A stretch of DNA of 64,000 bases from Macrostomum lignano (GCA_002269645.1 NIVC01001204.1:1-64000); one strand, 5' to 3'; positions 49,866 to 63,444 are shown, counted from the stretch's first letter. Notes: generated by a model not told the origin, from the sequence alone. Numbers and translations are program-made.

Positions 49866-50200
49866 ACACGTTTTGGCAAAAATATTGATGCCTCTGTCCC
49901 GTGATAAATTAATTTATACTTGAAAATTCTGAATACATTGCGCATTTTATCTATTGAATAAATTCAATATACAATTCGCAGTTTGCAAAACATTTAAGAA
50001 TTAATATAGCAAAATACATGTGAAAGAACAAAGAGCAGTAGTAAAACAAGAACACGAGAGTAGTACATCATAAAATTCTATGCTAAAGCTTAAAAAATGA
50101 TTTCGTAAAATAGAACGTTTTGTGCCATGTCTCTTGTTCATCATACACCTGAATAACCAGTGTTTACCTCATCTCAAATTCTCCCTGTCTCACCATTAGT

Positions 50201-51598
50201 TTATTCATCCCAATTGTAGCTCTGCACGGCCGTGAAGCTGGTGTCTCTATCGATCGCTACCATTTGCATTGCCCATTCTGGACTGGTCTGAAAATTGAAC
50301 TCTTCACAAAATGTCGATTTGCCGTCGTTAATACTGCAGCTGCCAAATGATGAGCCCGCTGCAGGTCTGCTCGTGTGCACCCGAAATTTTGTTGGCTGAC
50401 GGTATTTTGTAAGCAAGACGACAATAACTACTAATAGAATGGCGATGATGGCTGAACTTACTGACACCGCGATTTTGCTTGGCAGATTGAAAGTGACGTC
50501 ACATCTTGCTTGGCATTGTTCTGGCGTTAGCAAACTCTGTGGTGTGGGGACCAAAGACTCGGTTGTTGAAGTAGGTTCCGCAGTCCGAGGATCCGTGGAT
50601 GAGGTTACGGCAGCAAAAGTTGTTTGAGCTGTTGACATTTTTGTGCTAGATGACTCTGTAGCTGAAGTCTCCAATTCCGGTGATGATACTGCTGTGGTAG
50701 ATGTGCTCAAAGGTTCTGAATTAGTTATGGTAGATTTGACAGTGCTCAAAGTTTCTGCATCAGTTGATGTTGCAACTGTTGTGGTAGATTTGACAGTGCT
50801 CAAAGTTTCTGTATCAGTTGATGGTTCAACTGTTGTGGTAGATTTGACAGTGCTCAAAGTTTCTGTATCAGTTGATGGTTCAACTGTTGTGGTAGATTTG
50901 ACAGTGCTCAAAGTTTCTGTATCAGTTGATGGTTCAACTGTTGTGGTAGATTTGACAGTGCTCAAAGTTTCTGTATCAGTTGATGGTTCAACTGTTGTGG
51001 TAGATTTGACAGTGCTCAAAGTTTCTGCATCAGTTGATGGTTCAACTGTTGTGGTAGATTTGACAGTGCTCAAAGTTTCTGCATCAGTTGATGGTTCAAT
51101 TTTTGTGGTAGATTTGACAGTGCTCAAAGTTTCTGCATCAGTTGATGGTTCAATTGTTGTGGTAGATTTGACAGTGCTCAAAGTTTCTGTATCAGTTGAT
51201 GGTTCAACTGTTGTGGTAGATTTGACAGTTCTTGGAGTTCCTGATTCGTCGGGTGCCTCCGTTGTGGTAGCTTCCGTTACTGAAATATTTGGTGCTGTCG
51301 ATGGTGATGATGCGGCAGATCCTCTGCTTGTTGAAAAATCTGAGTTCGTTTGTAAAATAGTGGTCGTCGGACCTTCGGCGGAGGTGTCATCTTCATCGGA
51401 TGACAAGGAAGTTATCGGCGGTTCTGAGTAGAAATCTGTCTCTGAGTCTGAGATAGACGGGGTAGCAACACCTTGAGCAGCAGCACTTCTGGCAGCTTGA
51501 TCGTCGGTCTTATCCAACAAAGTCGAGCCTTGTGCAGTGTGGATCACAGCCAAACAACAGTTTAGGAGCACAACTTTGACCAGTAGGCACCTTTGCAT
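50201..51598 (-). CDS. Mucin-like type I membrane glycoprotein
   Basis: Signal peptide MQRCLLVKVVLLNCCLAVIHTAQG. S/T-rich ectodomain with about ten 17-aa repeats (TTVEPSTDTETLSTVKS), TM helix IAVSVSSAIIAILLVVIVVLL, and a cytoplasmic tail. Uninterrupted ORF. Confidence 0.8.
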   Translation of the reverse strand: MQRCLLVKVVLLNCCLAVIHTAQGSTLLDKTDDQAARSAAAQGVATPSISDSETDFYSEPPITSLSSDEDDTSAEGPTTTILQTNSDFSTSRGSAASSPSTAPNISVTEATTTEAPDESGTPRTVKSTTTVEPSTDTETLSTVKSTTTIEPSTDAETLSTVKSTTKIEPSTDAETLSTVKSTTTVEPSTDAETLSTVKSTTTVEPSTDTETLSTVKSTTTVEPSTDTETLSTVKSTTTVEPSTDTETLSTVKSTTTVEPSTDTETLSTVKSTTTVATSTDAETLSTVKSTITNSEPLSTSTTAVSSPELETSATESSSTKMSTAQTTFAAVTSSTDPRTAEPTSTTESLVPTPQSLLTPEQCQARCDVTFNLPSKIAVSVSSAIIAILLVVIVVLLTKYRQPTKFRVHTSRPAAGSSFGSCSINDGKSTFCEEFNFQTSPEWAMQMVAIDRDTSFTAVQSYNWDE

Positions 51599-53269
51599 CT
51601 TGACCAACTTGAAATTATAATTCTTGTCGATTAGCAATAGCCAGCCAAGGCGAAAGTAAAAGCATCTGTTCTGGGCCATTGATATTATATCATTATAACG
51701 CATGCGCCTATACTAAAATAGGCATGATCACTCTTCAAATCTTACAAAAATTAACTACAAAAACAGGCCGAGCTGTATGTACCGAGAGGTGAAGTTCGAT
51801 CTTATCAACGGCAAAAACCATTGCCGTTCGTTTAATTCGGTGTCTGCTGCAGTCTTCGATAATGACTGCATCACTTAATAAAGCCAGTTTTAGGGCGTAG
51901 CCAGGGTTTTCTATTATCAGGTAGAATGCTCATACAGAGACAGGAATGCATTACCAATTATGAGCCATATATTATGGAAAGGATTATTGTAATTCTTTTA
52001 GAGGGGTAATTTGAACAATAGCGGCCAACAGGAACTTTGCCCAGTTAATAGTACATCCGACTTCGAACGTTTTATTCGCTAGCTAAACCTTGAGGAATTT
52101 CACCTCAGCTGCTTCGGGTACTGCAGTATATACTAAGGTCAGGGCTAGATTGCTGCTAAATATAGGGGTTAGGCTGTACTTTTTTTACAGATGGGAAGTA
52201 ATTCACCTTTTCCGGTCTGAGGCAGGAAGCATGCACTTCCAGTCACTTTGCCAATTCATCTCTCTCTCTGTGTGGGGGCCTGTGAAAACGCAGAAAGTCG
52301 AACATTATGGGAGGCTGCGGCGGCCGAAAAGTGCAGCGCCATGAAGCATGCAACCTGAGCGCAGCGCCATCACGTGCATTTGACGAACTTCTATCGTAAC
52401 TATGGGTAGACGGGTTGGAACGCTGCAGTTAGTGGTCGGTACCTGTGTAAGGGAAGATAAAGTGGCGCATCAGCTATAAAAAGTACATTGAATTGCACAC
52501 GTATACGCCCTTCCTTTCGATGCATGGCAACTCCTATAGTGGGTTGGTTTCTATGGGAAGCTCGTCGTCTGGAATGATGACGACTGCAGGGCTGATGTAC
52601 GTCACGCCTGGGGGGTTTCTATGGGGTTATAGGATGTCTTCGCGTGAATTGTAACGACATAAAATTTTAATGCTTAAAATTAATTTTGATTTTATAGTTT
52701 CCGCAGTATTTGGTTTCATTAGTATGTACATTAGGATGTTAAGCCCTGAAGACATGCATGTATACTGTACATGTGGGACATGCCAATGAAGAGGCAACGC
52801 AGGGGACAGGGGTAGGTAGGGGTTCATCTCAAGAGACAGGGGCGCCTAACAAGAGAATAGGAGCGCCAACCAAAGAGACAGATCGGCGCCAACCGAGAGA
52901 CAGTTGAGGCCACCACACGACACCAAACATTGTTTGTGGTCCGCTCCATTTAAAATTCTTGCTTGCGCGGTACGCCACTCTGCTAACCAATTATACTCGT
53001 AATGCAAAATTGACTCTAACACCTGCGCCCCGCTTCCACCTTACAATGTTGTTAAATGAGTAACAATTAAAGGAGTCTAATCAATTGTCTTCTAAAAGCT
53101 GAAATCTCTTATTCAGAGCCTAAATATTCCCGAAATAGATTCGAAATAGTGCATTTTTTATTGCTTCCTAACCGATTTAGCAACATTTTCCAAGCCATTT
53201 TTGTTACTTAATTACCACTTGGTCCTTGGTAAAGTTTTTTCGCCGCATAGACAGATACAGGCGCTCAAA

Positions 53270-53420
53270 TCTCTACCTATAAAAATCAAAACTCTGTGTG
53301 TGTGTCTGTGTGTGGACAATTTTGATCGCTATGGACTCCCAAACCGCTCAACCAAATTACACCAAACTTTACACCCACCCTAAACTTACTACGGAGAATG
53401 TCTTAGGCTACCTTTTAATT
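53270..53420 (+). mobile_element. Helitron-like 5' end; 3' end not found
   Basis: A|TCtctacctataaaaatc…(tg)n…aaaccgctcaaccaaattacaccaaacttt has the same architecture as the end at 17307. Confidence 0.4.
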
Positions 53421-54579
53421 TCCTAGACTCAAGTCTTCCTACCTAAAAGTGCAAAAAACTGCTCAAAATGCGCAATTTTTTCACTAAATCCTCCATAGCG
53501 CCGCTCCACTTCGACCGATTCTCTTCAAATTTGACACAGGCAATTTTCAACTATTTTGTCACAATCGTGTAAAATTTCAAATCTCAAAGTTAATCCTGAA
53601 AGCCGCTGTGCACTTTTAAAGTTAGGCTGTTTTTTTCAGCGTAGCAACCACCCCAACCTCCGCCCGCCTGCCTCTCTTTCCCGATACCGATCTGGGCCCA
53701 GATGTGTAAAAGGGTTTCAAAATTGACTAACTTTCAGCTGCCATAAGTTTGCTCCACGTAAAGCGATTGACTTTAAACTTGACACAATTCTTCATTGACT
53801 CATTCTCTATCTAAATGTAAAGTTTCAACTCTGTATCTCAATCAGGACGGAAACTGTAAGCATGTGAAGTTTGTCTGCTTTTTCTGTTGTTTGTGCCACT
53901 CACTCACTCATTGCCCCAGCCCAGACGAAGGGTCAGGCGATAGGGCTGAATGTACATGGCAACGTACAGTGTTTTGGAATAACTTTTAATAGCCTTCTCT
54001 GCACCCCCGCGCCGCGAGTGGAGAGGCGTGGAGAGGAGAGACAGTTTCAGCGAGAGATTCAATCCACTGTCCTCTGTATAGACAAGTCTGCAGCAGTTTA
54101 ACAGTGGATGGCAAACAGGCAAATCAAGGCGATGCGGGATGGTTTGCGAAAATAAATTTTAAATACTTAAAAATAGCGAAAAATTAATGAATAACTTATT
54201 ACAATGCAAACCTACTAAATTAGTTACACCATGAAGCTTTTAACATAAAGTTTCGCATAGGGTAACTTTAAAATTTAAATGACTCCTAAGAAATGCGCAT
54301 TTCCTTGGTTGTTAGACTGCTGCAGAGTGCAGACTGTGGTGGTGGAGCTGGAGATACACAAATTCCTCTCAGGGCTGCTAATTGGCCAGAAAGGTGACGT
54401 GATTAAAGCATGAGAAATGATAACCATGATAGTACTACATCCCACAAACTGGCTTTCGAAGCAGGGATCGGTAGATTTTTAACTCAAAGGCCAGATAAAG
54501 AATCCAGCTCATGGAGTCATGGGCACATGGCTGCGGGCCAGATGAGAGTGAAAAAGAAAAGGAATAGACTATTAGAAAG

Positions 54580-54872
54580 AGAGGAAGGGCGAGAGGGGGG
54601 TAAGAGAAAAGATATAAGATAACAGGAGAGACGAGTGGGGTGAGGACGAGGAGAGAGCAGAGAATATGGGAGGAGGAAGCGAGAGGAGGGGAGACAGGAG
54701 GGAGAGGAAAGAGTAGAGGTGAGAAGAGGAAGAGAGAAGAGGGGAGAGATGAGACAGAGGATCGATGAGAGAGGAGAGTAGAGAAGAGTGAGAAGAGAAT
54801 AGAGAATAGAGAACATAGAGGAGATAGGAGGGGAGAGAGAGGGAGAGAGGAGTGAGAAGAGAGGAGATAAGA

Positions 54873-54965
<93 letters not shown>

Positions 54966-56030
54966 GAGAGAGATGAGAAAGAAGAGAGGAGAAAGGAGAG
55001 ATGATAAAGTAAAGGGAAGAAGAGGAGAGAGGAAAGAGATGAGATTGTGGAGATGAGAGATGAAGGAAGAGAGGGCAGAGTGCAAAGAGACAAGAGAAGA
55101 GAATAGAGGGGAGAGAGTATAGAAGAGGGAAGAGAAGAGGAGTAAGAAGAGAGGATTCAGTAGAGGGGAAAGAGAAGAGTACACAGGAGAGTGGAGAGTA
55201 AAGATGACAGAAGAGAGTGGGGGTAGAGAGCAAAGATGAGAGTGAACGCGATATATGAGAGGAGAGAGGAGAGTGAAGAGAGAAGAGAGAAGACAAGAGA
55301 GGGAGAGAATAGAAGAGGGAAGAGAAGAGAAGGGAAAAAGGAGAAAGGAAAGAGAGGAGTCAAAAGAGGGGAAGATCGAAGAGTACAGATGAGAGAGGTG
55401 AGAGAACATACGAGTATAAGAGAGTAAAGATGGCAGATGAGAGAGGGGAGATGAGAGACCAGAGACGAGAGTGAACAGATAAGAGATGGGAGAGTGGAGA
55501 GAAAAAAGGATAGAAATAAGAGATGAGAGGTGAGACAAAGGGACAGAGAAGTGAGTGAGGAGAGAGGAGGGGAGGGGAGAGAACTGAGAGGACAGGGGAA
55601 AGAGGAGAAAGGACGAGAGAGGAGAGGAAACATGGGAGAGATTAGAGGAGAAAGAGATATGGGACAGGAGAGAGCAGAGAGATAAGAGGAGAGAGAGGGA
55701 GAGAGAGAGGAGAGAGAGAGAGGGAAAGAGAGAGGAGAAAACATGCAGAAAGAATGAGAAGAGAGAAGAGAGAAAAGATAAAAGAGGAGAAAGAAGAGAT
55801 AGATAAGAGAGCAAAGACGAGAGAGAAGAGAGGTGAGGGAAGAGACGATAAAAGAGAGGAGAGAGGAGAGCGGAAAGAAGAGAAGAGATGAGAGGAGAGA
55901 GAGGAGAGAGTAGAGAGTAGGGAGGAGAGGAGGGATAAAAGAATAGAAGGGGGAGAGAATAGACGAGAGAATAGGGGATAGAGGAGAGAGAGAAGAGACA
56001 GAGACGAGAGAGAGGAGAGGAAACAGAAGA
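54580..56030. repeat. GA-rich low-complexity tract containing pure (GA)n at about 54875-54960
   Basis: Directly visible. Confidence 0.97.
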
Positions 56031-56659
56031 GAAGGTCGAAGTTTTTAAGGATCTAAGGGACATAAGGAGAGGCAGAGGCCAGAGTTTGCCTGTTCGCAGC
56101 ACCCCAGCCAACAATATAAATGTTTGCCTCAAATCCTAATTTTTCACGAATGTACTCTATTTTATGTTTAATTCTAACCTAACTATATATTAACGAGTTT
56201 TTGTTTGAGTTTGACCTCAGATTTTAGAATACGAGTACATGCAAAAATAGTTCGAGGGATTGAAATTCCCCGGGTTCAAAATCCGCGGGTTTCAACAGCT
56301 TGTTTATATATAAACAGAGCTCTACATGCAAAAAAACATGCAGGCAGTACATGTATGTGTACAACTGAAGTAACTTTGAATTTGAATGAATTCTTTTTTA
56401 GTCTCAGAAGAAACCTTCCTTGATCGTGCTATAAATATTTTATCGGCCTGATTTATCCTGAAATTTCTGCTGTGCAATTTGGACTGCACACGCGATTGCC
56501 TTGTCGGCAAGGGCGTCGCCACCGCGCGGGGGGGGGACAGGGGGGGACATGTCCCTCCAGTAAAAGCTATATGCGAGAGACATGCCAATGCTTTGTACCC
56601 CCACCCCACCTTTTGTTGATCTGATATAGAAGTCAATAATTTTGCTTCAGGCCAACAAA

Positions 56660-56950
56660 ACATAGCGCCTGCGGTGTCAAAATGGTGTCTGCGGCGCTAA
56701 GTGGTACTTTCGGCGCTAAAGGGTACCCGCATGCGGCGCTAAAATGGTTCCAGCGGCGCTAAAATAGTACTTGAGGCGCTAAATTGATGAATGTGGCGCC
56801 AAAATGGTGTCTGCGGCGCTAAGTGGTGCCTGCGGCGCTACAGTGGTGACTGCGGCGCTAAAATTGTACTTGCGGCGCGCTGCAGTGGCGCTAAATTGGT
56901 GCCTGTGGCGCGCGCTAATACATGTAGTAGTAGTGCCTGCGGCACTAAAA
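56660..56950. repeat. Dispersed cggcgctaa short repeats (probable MITE interior)
   Basis: About ten gcggcgcta motifs spaced about 25-30 bp apart. Confidence 0.7.
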
Positions 56951-59701
56951 TGAGTTTAAAAAACTCTGTATTTGGCAGCCCGAATTGCAGATGAATCTTA
57001 CAAAAAATGAATTTATCCATACAGACACAAATTTTCATTCAGAAGCATCGCATGGAGATGCAGGTATTAGAACTTTTGCCGCGCTAAAAAATGGGGCTAA
57101 AAAAATATTCGAACTACATGTACATGCCATCGTGTAAGGGAGAATTATTAACTGTCGAATTTTTAAGATTCGTTTAGAATGTTAGCAAAAGGTTATACAG
57201 GACTTCTCATAGCACAAAAATTTTGTGAAATTCCCTTTATTAGTATACCTGATGCAAACTGCACACTTTTAAGCCAACCAATAGCAATCGGCCGGGATTT
57301 CTGATCGAAAGCTAGACAACCAATACAAAACCAGTATTCCAAAATCGGAAAGAAGAGAGCGGAAAAGGTTTCTTGAAAAGTGGAAGCATTTAAATGTGAT
57401 TTTTGTAAGCGAAATAATCTGTAAGAGAGACATCTTCCTTTGTCTAATAACATTGACATATAAGTTTTTGCATCAAAATGTGTACTTACTTTGGAAAACA
57501 GATCAGGTGTTTTAGATAAATCGTAAACAACGACTGAAATTGGTGGGTTCAAAATAAAGACTTTTTGTTTTTTCAATAACTTGTCGAGTCGAGTCCTCGA
57601 ACTTCGATCGATCGACCTGCCTCTGGATTTGTAGCTTTTCTAGCTGCTTGTGTTTTCACTGTAGTTTTGTCACAAGTTAATATCGATATTGAAACTGATA
57701 TTCTATGCTGTATTTTTAACAACTCTAGTTATACTTTAAGTTTAAATGTAAGCCCATGGCCTATGGGCTGGGCATGGATGGCATTACTCCAATACTCCAT
57801 TAGCCACTACCACTTATTCGGCTTGCTTGCATAAGCCACCCATAAGCCTTAGCGTTTGGCCTAGATGTTTTTAATCATCACATGCTGTAGTCAAAGAAAG
57901 ATCTTTGAGTTAAACCTTTTGGCAATTAATTTAAAAAATATAACTAGGGGGTTAGTTAGACTAGGCCAATAAGACCTTAGATTGGACCTTGGTGGTGTGG
58001 TGTAATTCAAGCAAGTCAGTTGAGTTAATATCTTATAGGTGCCTAATTTGATATATTTTTATTTGGCTCTATCTAATAATGTTGCCATTTAGAAATTTTT
58101 TATTCACAATATTAACAATAATTCAATAAATAGGCCTCAGCAGTCAGGCCTAGGCTGAGCTGAGTCTTTAATTAAACCAAGGTAGGGCCTAGACATGTCA
58201 CATAGTCCATATGCAATTATAATTATCATAAGATATAGATTCATATACAATCATTTTTTGTACTAAATTGTTAAAAATCTTAAAAGTATAGGCTATTCAT
58301 ACTATTGGCAAGCTTCTATATTGTTTCACAATACAATATTATTTCCAAGTTTGAATTGGTGCTACAATATAATGCCTTTCAACCTTTGATTTTCTAAATA
58401 TTAGATAAAAATAGTTTATTAATAAATAAATAAAGCAATAGCTAAAGTGGTAGATAGAGCAAAAGATAGGCCTAGGGCAATAAAAGTAGCAATAGATGGA
58501 CCAATAGATAAAGAAATAGATAGAGTGATAGACTAATAGGCCTAAATAGAGCAATAGATAAGAACTAAAGGCTAAAGCATTTTCTAATGCTATTTCCTAT
58601 CCCTTTTGGCCATAGATATCATTTTCTACCATGGCACTATATTGTAATACCAATTCAAACTTGAAAATACCTAGAAACAAATAGGAATATCATTAGGAAT
58701 ATCATAGTCACAAATAATTAAGCCTATATAATTGCAATTCTTAACTTTTTTCAAGATCTTGAAAGTTTTGAAACCGAGATCAAAATTAAAAATAGTGCTA
58801 AGATCTTGACAATTAAGACTAAGATTGAGATCAAGGTCTTGTCCAACTCCTTACCAATAGATCAAATAAAAAGTCAATGTTTTAATATTGCAAAAATAAT
58901 ATTGATTGCATTCTAATTGTTTATCAGGCCTCTACTCCTTATAGATAGAAACACTAGGCCTATATTATGAACGTTTCAATAGATAAAAACATGATTATTA
59001 AGTTTCAATTTGAAAACAAGAACTTAAATTTGACATAGCATCTATAGCTTTCATTCTATATAACAAATAATCTTATTGCTGCAAGTGTGAATTAATATTT
59101 TTGTTAACAAATGCTTCTATGAAAGTATAACTATTAAGACCATTATAGATAAAAGAAAAATTATATAGGTATTCATAAGGGTATTTCCATGAGAATAATG
59201 GTCGTTTTTAGGGCACATTTTTTTACTTCAAATTGCCACATCTCTAAAACAAAAAAAATGTTCTGTTATTTTTTATAGAAGTATTATAGGTACCAACCTA
59301 TGTCAATTTCAACTGCTTTAGTGATAATTATTGATTATAGTAAAGTAGGCTAACAAAGGAAAACTTGGTAATAGTCATTTCTGGTAGTTTTGCATGGAAC
59401 ACATTTAAAAAAAAATTTCCTGCGAGTTTGATATTTTTGTTGCTTTAAAGGTTTTTTCTGAAAGATAACATGTAGGCTTGGTATACTAGTATGTTAAACT
59501 ATAAAAAATATACTCTAAATGGATATAATTGTATAGAAATATACAAATAATGAAAATATAAAATATTTTCTAAAAGAAAATTAAAAAATCTTTCTAACTA
59601 TCTGCAAAAAAATTTAGTCTTCTAGTTGACCTTATCATAAAATAACCCATAAGGTTTTTAGTATGTAAACCTATTTTATTACTTAATACATTGTTAACAA
59701 T

Positions 59702-59950
59702 TGAATAATAATGATTGATTACACCTGCCCCAGTTAGCCTAGATATGCAACTGATAGCTTAACTGTAACTATTTTGTGTCATATCTGAAGGCTGCATATA
59801 GCTTTTCAGTCCAAGGACTGATTGCTATATACACCCTCAATTATCCCAGTTAATGCTGGCACTGCTAGCACAATGGGATTTTATAGCTGGGTGAACGTAA
59901 GCAATGCAGAGTTGTATGTCAGGAATCAAACCCCAATTTTCAAGATATGA
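59702..59950 (-). mobile_element. Heavily C>T/G>A-mutated copy of the SINE at 10826-11129
   Basis: Colinear anchors gattacacctgccc, atctgaaggctgc, ttcagtccaaggactg, caccctcaatta and agctgggtgaac. Confidence 0.85.
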
Positions 59951-60543
59951 AGTAAGCTAATATATATATATATATGTATTAGTGTTTTGCCATAAGGAAG
60001 GTCCATGTACCATAGCCGTAGCAGTTAATACAAAATATATAAATATAATATATATATAAATATATATAATACAGTTTACTAAAAGTATGTTTGTTTTACT
60101 CTACCTGTTTCTAATATTTTTTAAATTTTTTAACATTAATAACTACGGCTATAGGAATCTATGGACTGTGACAACAACAACCATATTTCTGTATTCGTAG
60201 CCAAAAGAGCAGCTAGCTAATGTGGGTGTATCTGTAGCTGCCATAGGCACCTATTTTACCATATTTGCTGTAGGATCCCGTAGCCATAGCTACAGCTACA
60301 GCGGAACACTAATATATATATAAACAAATATTGAATTTATGCATGTGCACACTGGTGCTCACCCGCTGCAGACTGCTGCTGTCTGTGCTCAAATAATTTG
60401 CAATACTGCTGCAATCGAAACACCACTTGCCATCCTTTCAAATCTTGCCAGCAATTAATTGGTTTCCAACGCGACACTTTACTGCTTCTTTTTAAAAGGC
60501 AACTCATCGCTTCGCTGCTCCCCTCCCCCAGTCTGAGTTTCAC

Positions 60544-62827
60544 ATGCACCAAGCTCACAAGATGGGCCAGCGTTTAGTCACAGGACTGCACTCTGGGCCA
60601 CAGCAGCAGCAGCAGCAGCAACAGCAACAACAAAATGTTTTGCCGCATCAGCAAGTAGCAGACTTAGTCTATAATAGCAGTCAGCAGCAGCAGCAGCAGG
60701 CCCAGCTCCGTCACCAGCATCATCAGCTACTGATGCAGCACGTTTCCAATAGCAACAGCAACATCGGAGGCGGCTCCAACGTAAGCAGCGACGGCGGCAG
60801 CAGCAGCGCAGGCGGCTCCTCTGTGCTGCCATTCAACAATAATTCGCAGAATCTGCTGAGTCCGGACTGTGAGAAACCGGCTAGACTGGACCTGCTGCTA
60901 GACATGCCGCAGTGCCCGCATCAGGTGGCAGTTGAGAACGCCTGGAATCCCAACGATCGTTCGTTGAACATCTTCGTCAAGGAGGACGACTGTCTTACTC
61001 TGCACCGCCAGCCGGTGGCGCAGAGCACCGACTGCATTCGGGGTGCCCGAGGCTACTCGCGCGGCCTGCACGTGTGGCAGATTCACTGGTCTCGCAAGCA
61101 GCGTGGCACACACGCTGTGGTTGGCGTGGCCACCGCTAACTGTCCTTTGCATTGCGTCGGTTATCAGTCCCTGGTCGGATCCAATCCGGATTCCTGGGGC
61201 TGGGATCTGGGCCGAAATCGAGCCCTGCACGATGGTCGTAGGACTCCTTATCCGGCTACGATGTGCGCACCTACTTGGAGTAGCGGCGCAGTCAGCTCTA
61301 GCGAGGAGAATTTCCCAGTGCCGGACAGCTTCCTGCTTGTGTTAGACATGGATGAAGGCACGCTGAGCTTCGTTGTTGAAGGCCAGTTCATGGGTATCGC
61401 GTTTCGCGGATTGAAAGGCCGAGTGCTTTATCCCAGCGTTAGCGCCGTATGGGGCCACTGCGAGATAACGCTGCGTTATTTGAATGGATTAGAGCGTGAG
61501 TCTATGCTCTGTTCTAGGTGATCCTATGATCTCTCTTCATGATCCTATGATCTATTCTTCATGATCCTATGATCTACTCTTTATGATCCTATGATCTATT
61601 CTTTATGATCCTATTATCTATTCTTCATGATCCTATGATATATTCTTCATGATCCTATGATCTATTCTTCATGATCCTATGATCTATTCTTCATGATCCT
61701 ATGATCTATTCTTCATGATCCTATGATCTATTCTTCATGATCCTATGATCTATTCTTCATGATCCTATGATATATTCTTTATGATCCTATGATCTATTCT
61801 TCATGATCCTATGATCTACTCTTTATGATCCTATGATCTATTCTTTATGATCCTATTATCTATTCTTTATGATCCTATGATCTATTCTTTATGATCCTAT
61901 GATATATTCTTCATGATCCTATGATCTATTCTTCATGATCCTATGATCTATTCTTTATGATCCTATGATCTATTCTTTATGATCCTATGATCTATTCTTC
62001 ATGATCCTATGATCTATTCTTCATGATCCTATGATCTATTCTTCATGATCCTATGATATATTCTTCATGATCCTATGATCTATTCTTCATGATCCTATGA
62101 TCTACTCTTTATGATCCTATGATCTATTCTTTATGATCCTATTATCTATTCTTCATGATCCTATGATCTATTCTTTATGATCCTATGATATATTCTTCAT
62201 GATCCTATGATCTATTCTTCATGATCCTATGATCTATTCTTTATGATCCTATGATCTATTCTTTATGATCCTATGATCTATTCTTTATGATCCTATTATC
62301 TATTCTTCATGATCCTATGATCTATTCTTTATGATCCTATGATATATTCTTCATGATCCTATGATCTATTCTTCATGATCCTATGATGTATTCTCCGTTC
62401 TCTCTCCTTTTCTATCACTTGAATCCCTAGGCTAAGTATCTACTCTCTCAGCAGTCTTATCTCTAGTCTAATCCAGCAAATAGACATGCTGAACTTCTCA
62501 GCTCCATGTGTCTAACACAGTCTCCGTAAATGCCTCATCTTTAATATCCCCCTCCCTCGCCCTGCAGCGGAGCCGCTGCCTCTAATGGTGCTCTGCCGGT
62601 CCGTCATTCGCAAGCACTTCCAGCGTCGGGCAGCCGCCGCCGCCGCCGCCGCCGCTGCTGCAGCAAGTCGTCATGGCAACAGCGCCCCTAGCAACGGCCC
62701 TAGCAACGCTGGTAGTACTCAAGCGCAGTTGCTACCAGAGATTAACAAGCTGCCGCTACCTAACAGCATCAAGGATTACCTGCTGTACCGCACCCCCTGC
62801 TCAGATGGGGCCGGCTCTATGCAATAA
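60544..62827 (+). CDS. SPSB/gus: SPRY domain- and SOCS box-containing protein (SPSB/gustavus); exons 60544-61495 and 62568-62827
   Basis: [66 protein letters not shown] and [10 protein letters not shown] phase-1 GT-AG intron joins to the SOCS box [11 protein letters not shown]…[13 protein letters not shown]. The likely start is ATG 60562 (MGQR). Confidence 0.96.
61517..62390. repeat. 22-bp intronic minisatellite (tgatcctatgatctattcttca)
   Basis: Directly visible; fills most of the last SPSB intron. Confidence 0.98.
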
Positions 62828-63444
62828 CAATTATTCATAACTATTTATTATATGCTATAAATCAATTTGATTACTAATTCGCAGCTTATTTGATAACTAC
62901 TCAGTAAGAGACGGCCATCTGTTTGTGTGTGCATGTTTTTTTTTTAAAGAAAAGTGATCTACAAGAAGAAGCACTTAGCAATTGTAATTAAGTATTGTTT
63001 CACCTATATAATGTCTCACATTAGACGTTGCTTCTTGTTGTTCCTTGTTAACTCGGGAATCGATAATCTACTACTTAGCTTATGTTCGTCTACGTGTATT
63101 CTTTTCTTTGTTTTCATTTATTTTTAATTTTACTCGCGCATCCTACTGCAGCTACTGGGGCTAGTAGGCGAGTAACGAGTTTTATTCGATTTATTTGTTT
63201 TTTAGGAAGAAAAAGACTGACAAAATAAGCTTCGTATAATGTGAAGTAAGTATTGTTATTGGTTCTATTGTCTGTACTTTTTTGCGAACAGTCTGTTTGT
63301 AAAACTTTCCTTTGTCCGCCATCCCGTTTTTATCATATGCAATAAACTCAAGCCATTTTTATCGAAGCTGTTTGTTTTTAGCTTTCTAGTACCTATGGAA
63401 AGTCCAAGTCGAGGAAAATTTTATAAACACAGTTATAAGCATTT

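Noticed and set aside
53915-53965. Penelope-type hammerhead relic (cagacgaaggg…gctgaatgtac)
   Set aside because: Both core motifs are mutated and there is no associated PLE sequence.
54435-56132. 565-aa Leu/Ser ORF and the poly-L/A/S ORFs at 14906-15291
   Set aside because: Low-complexity GA or trinucleotide DNA that lacks stop codons by composition.
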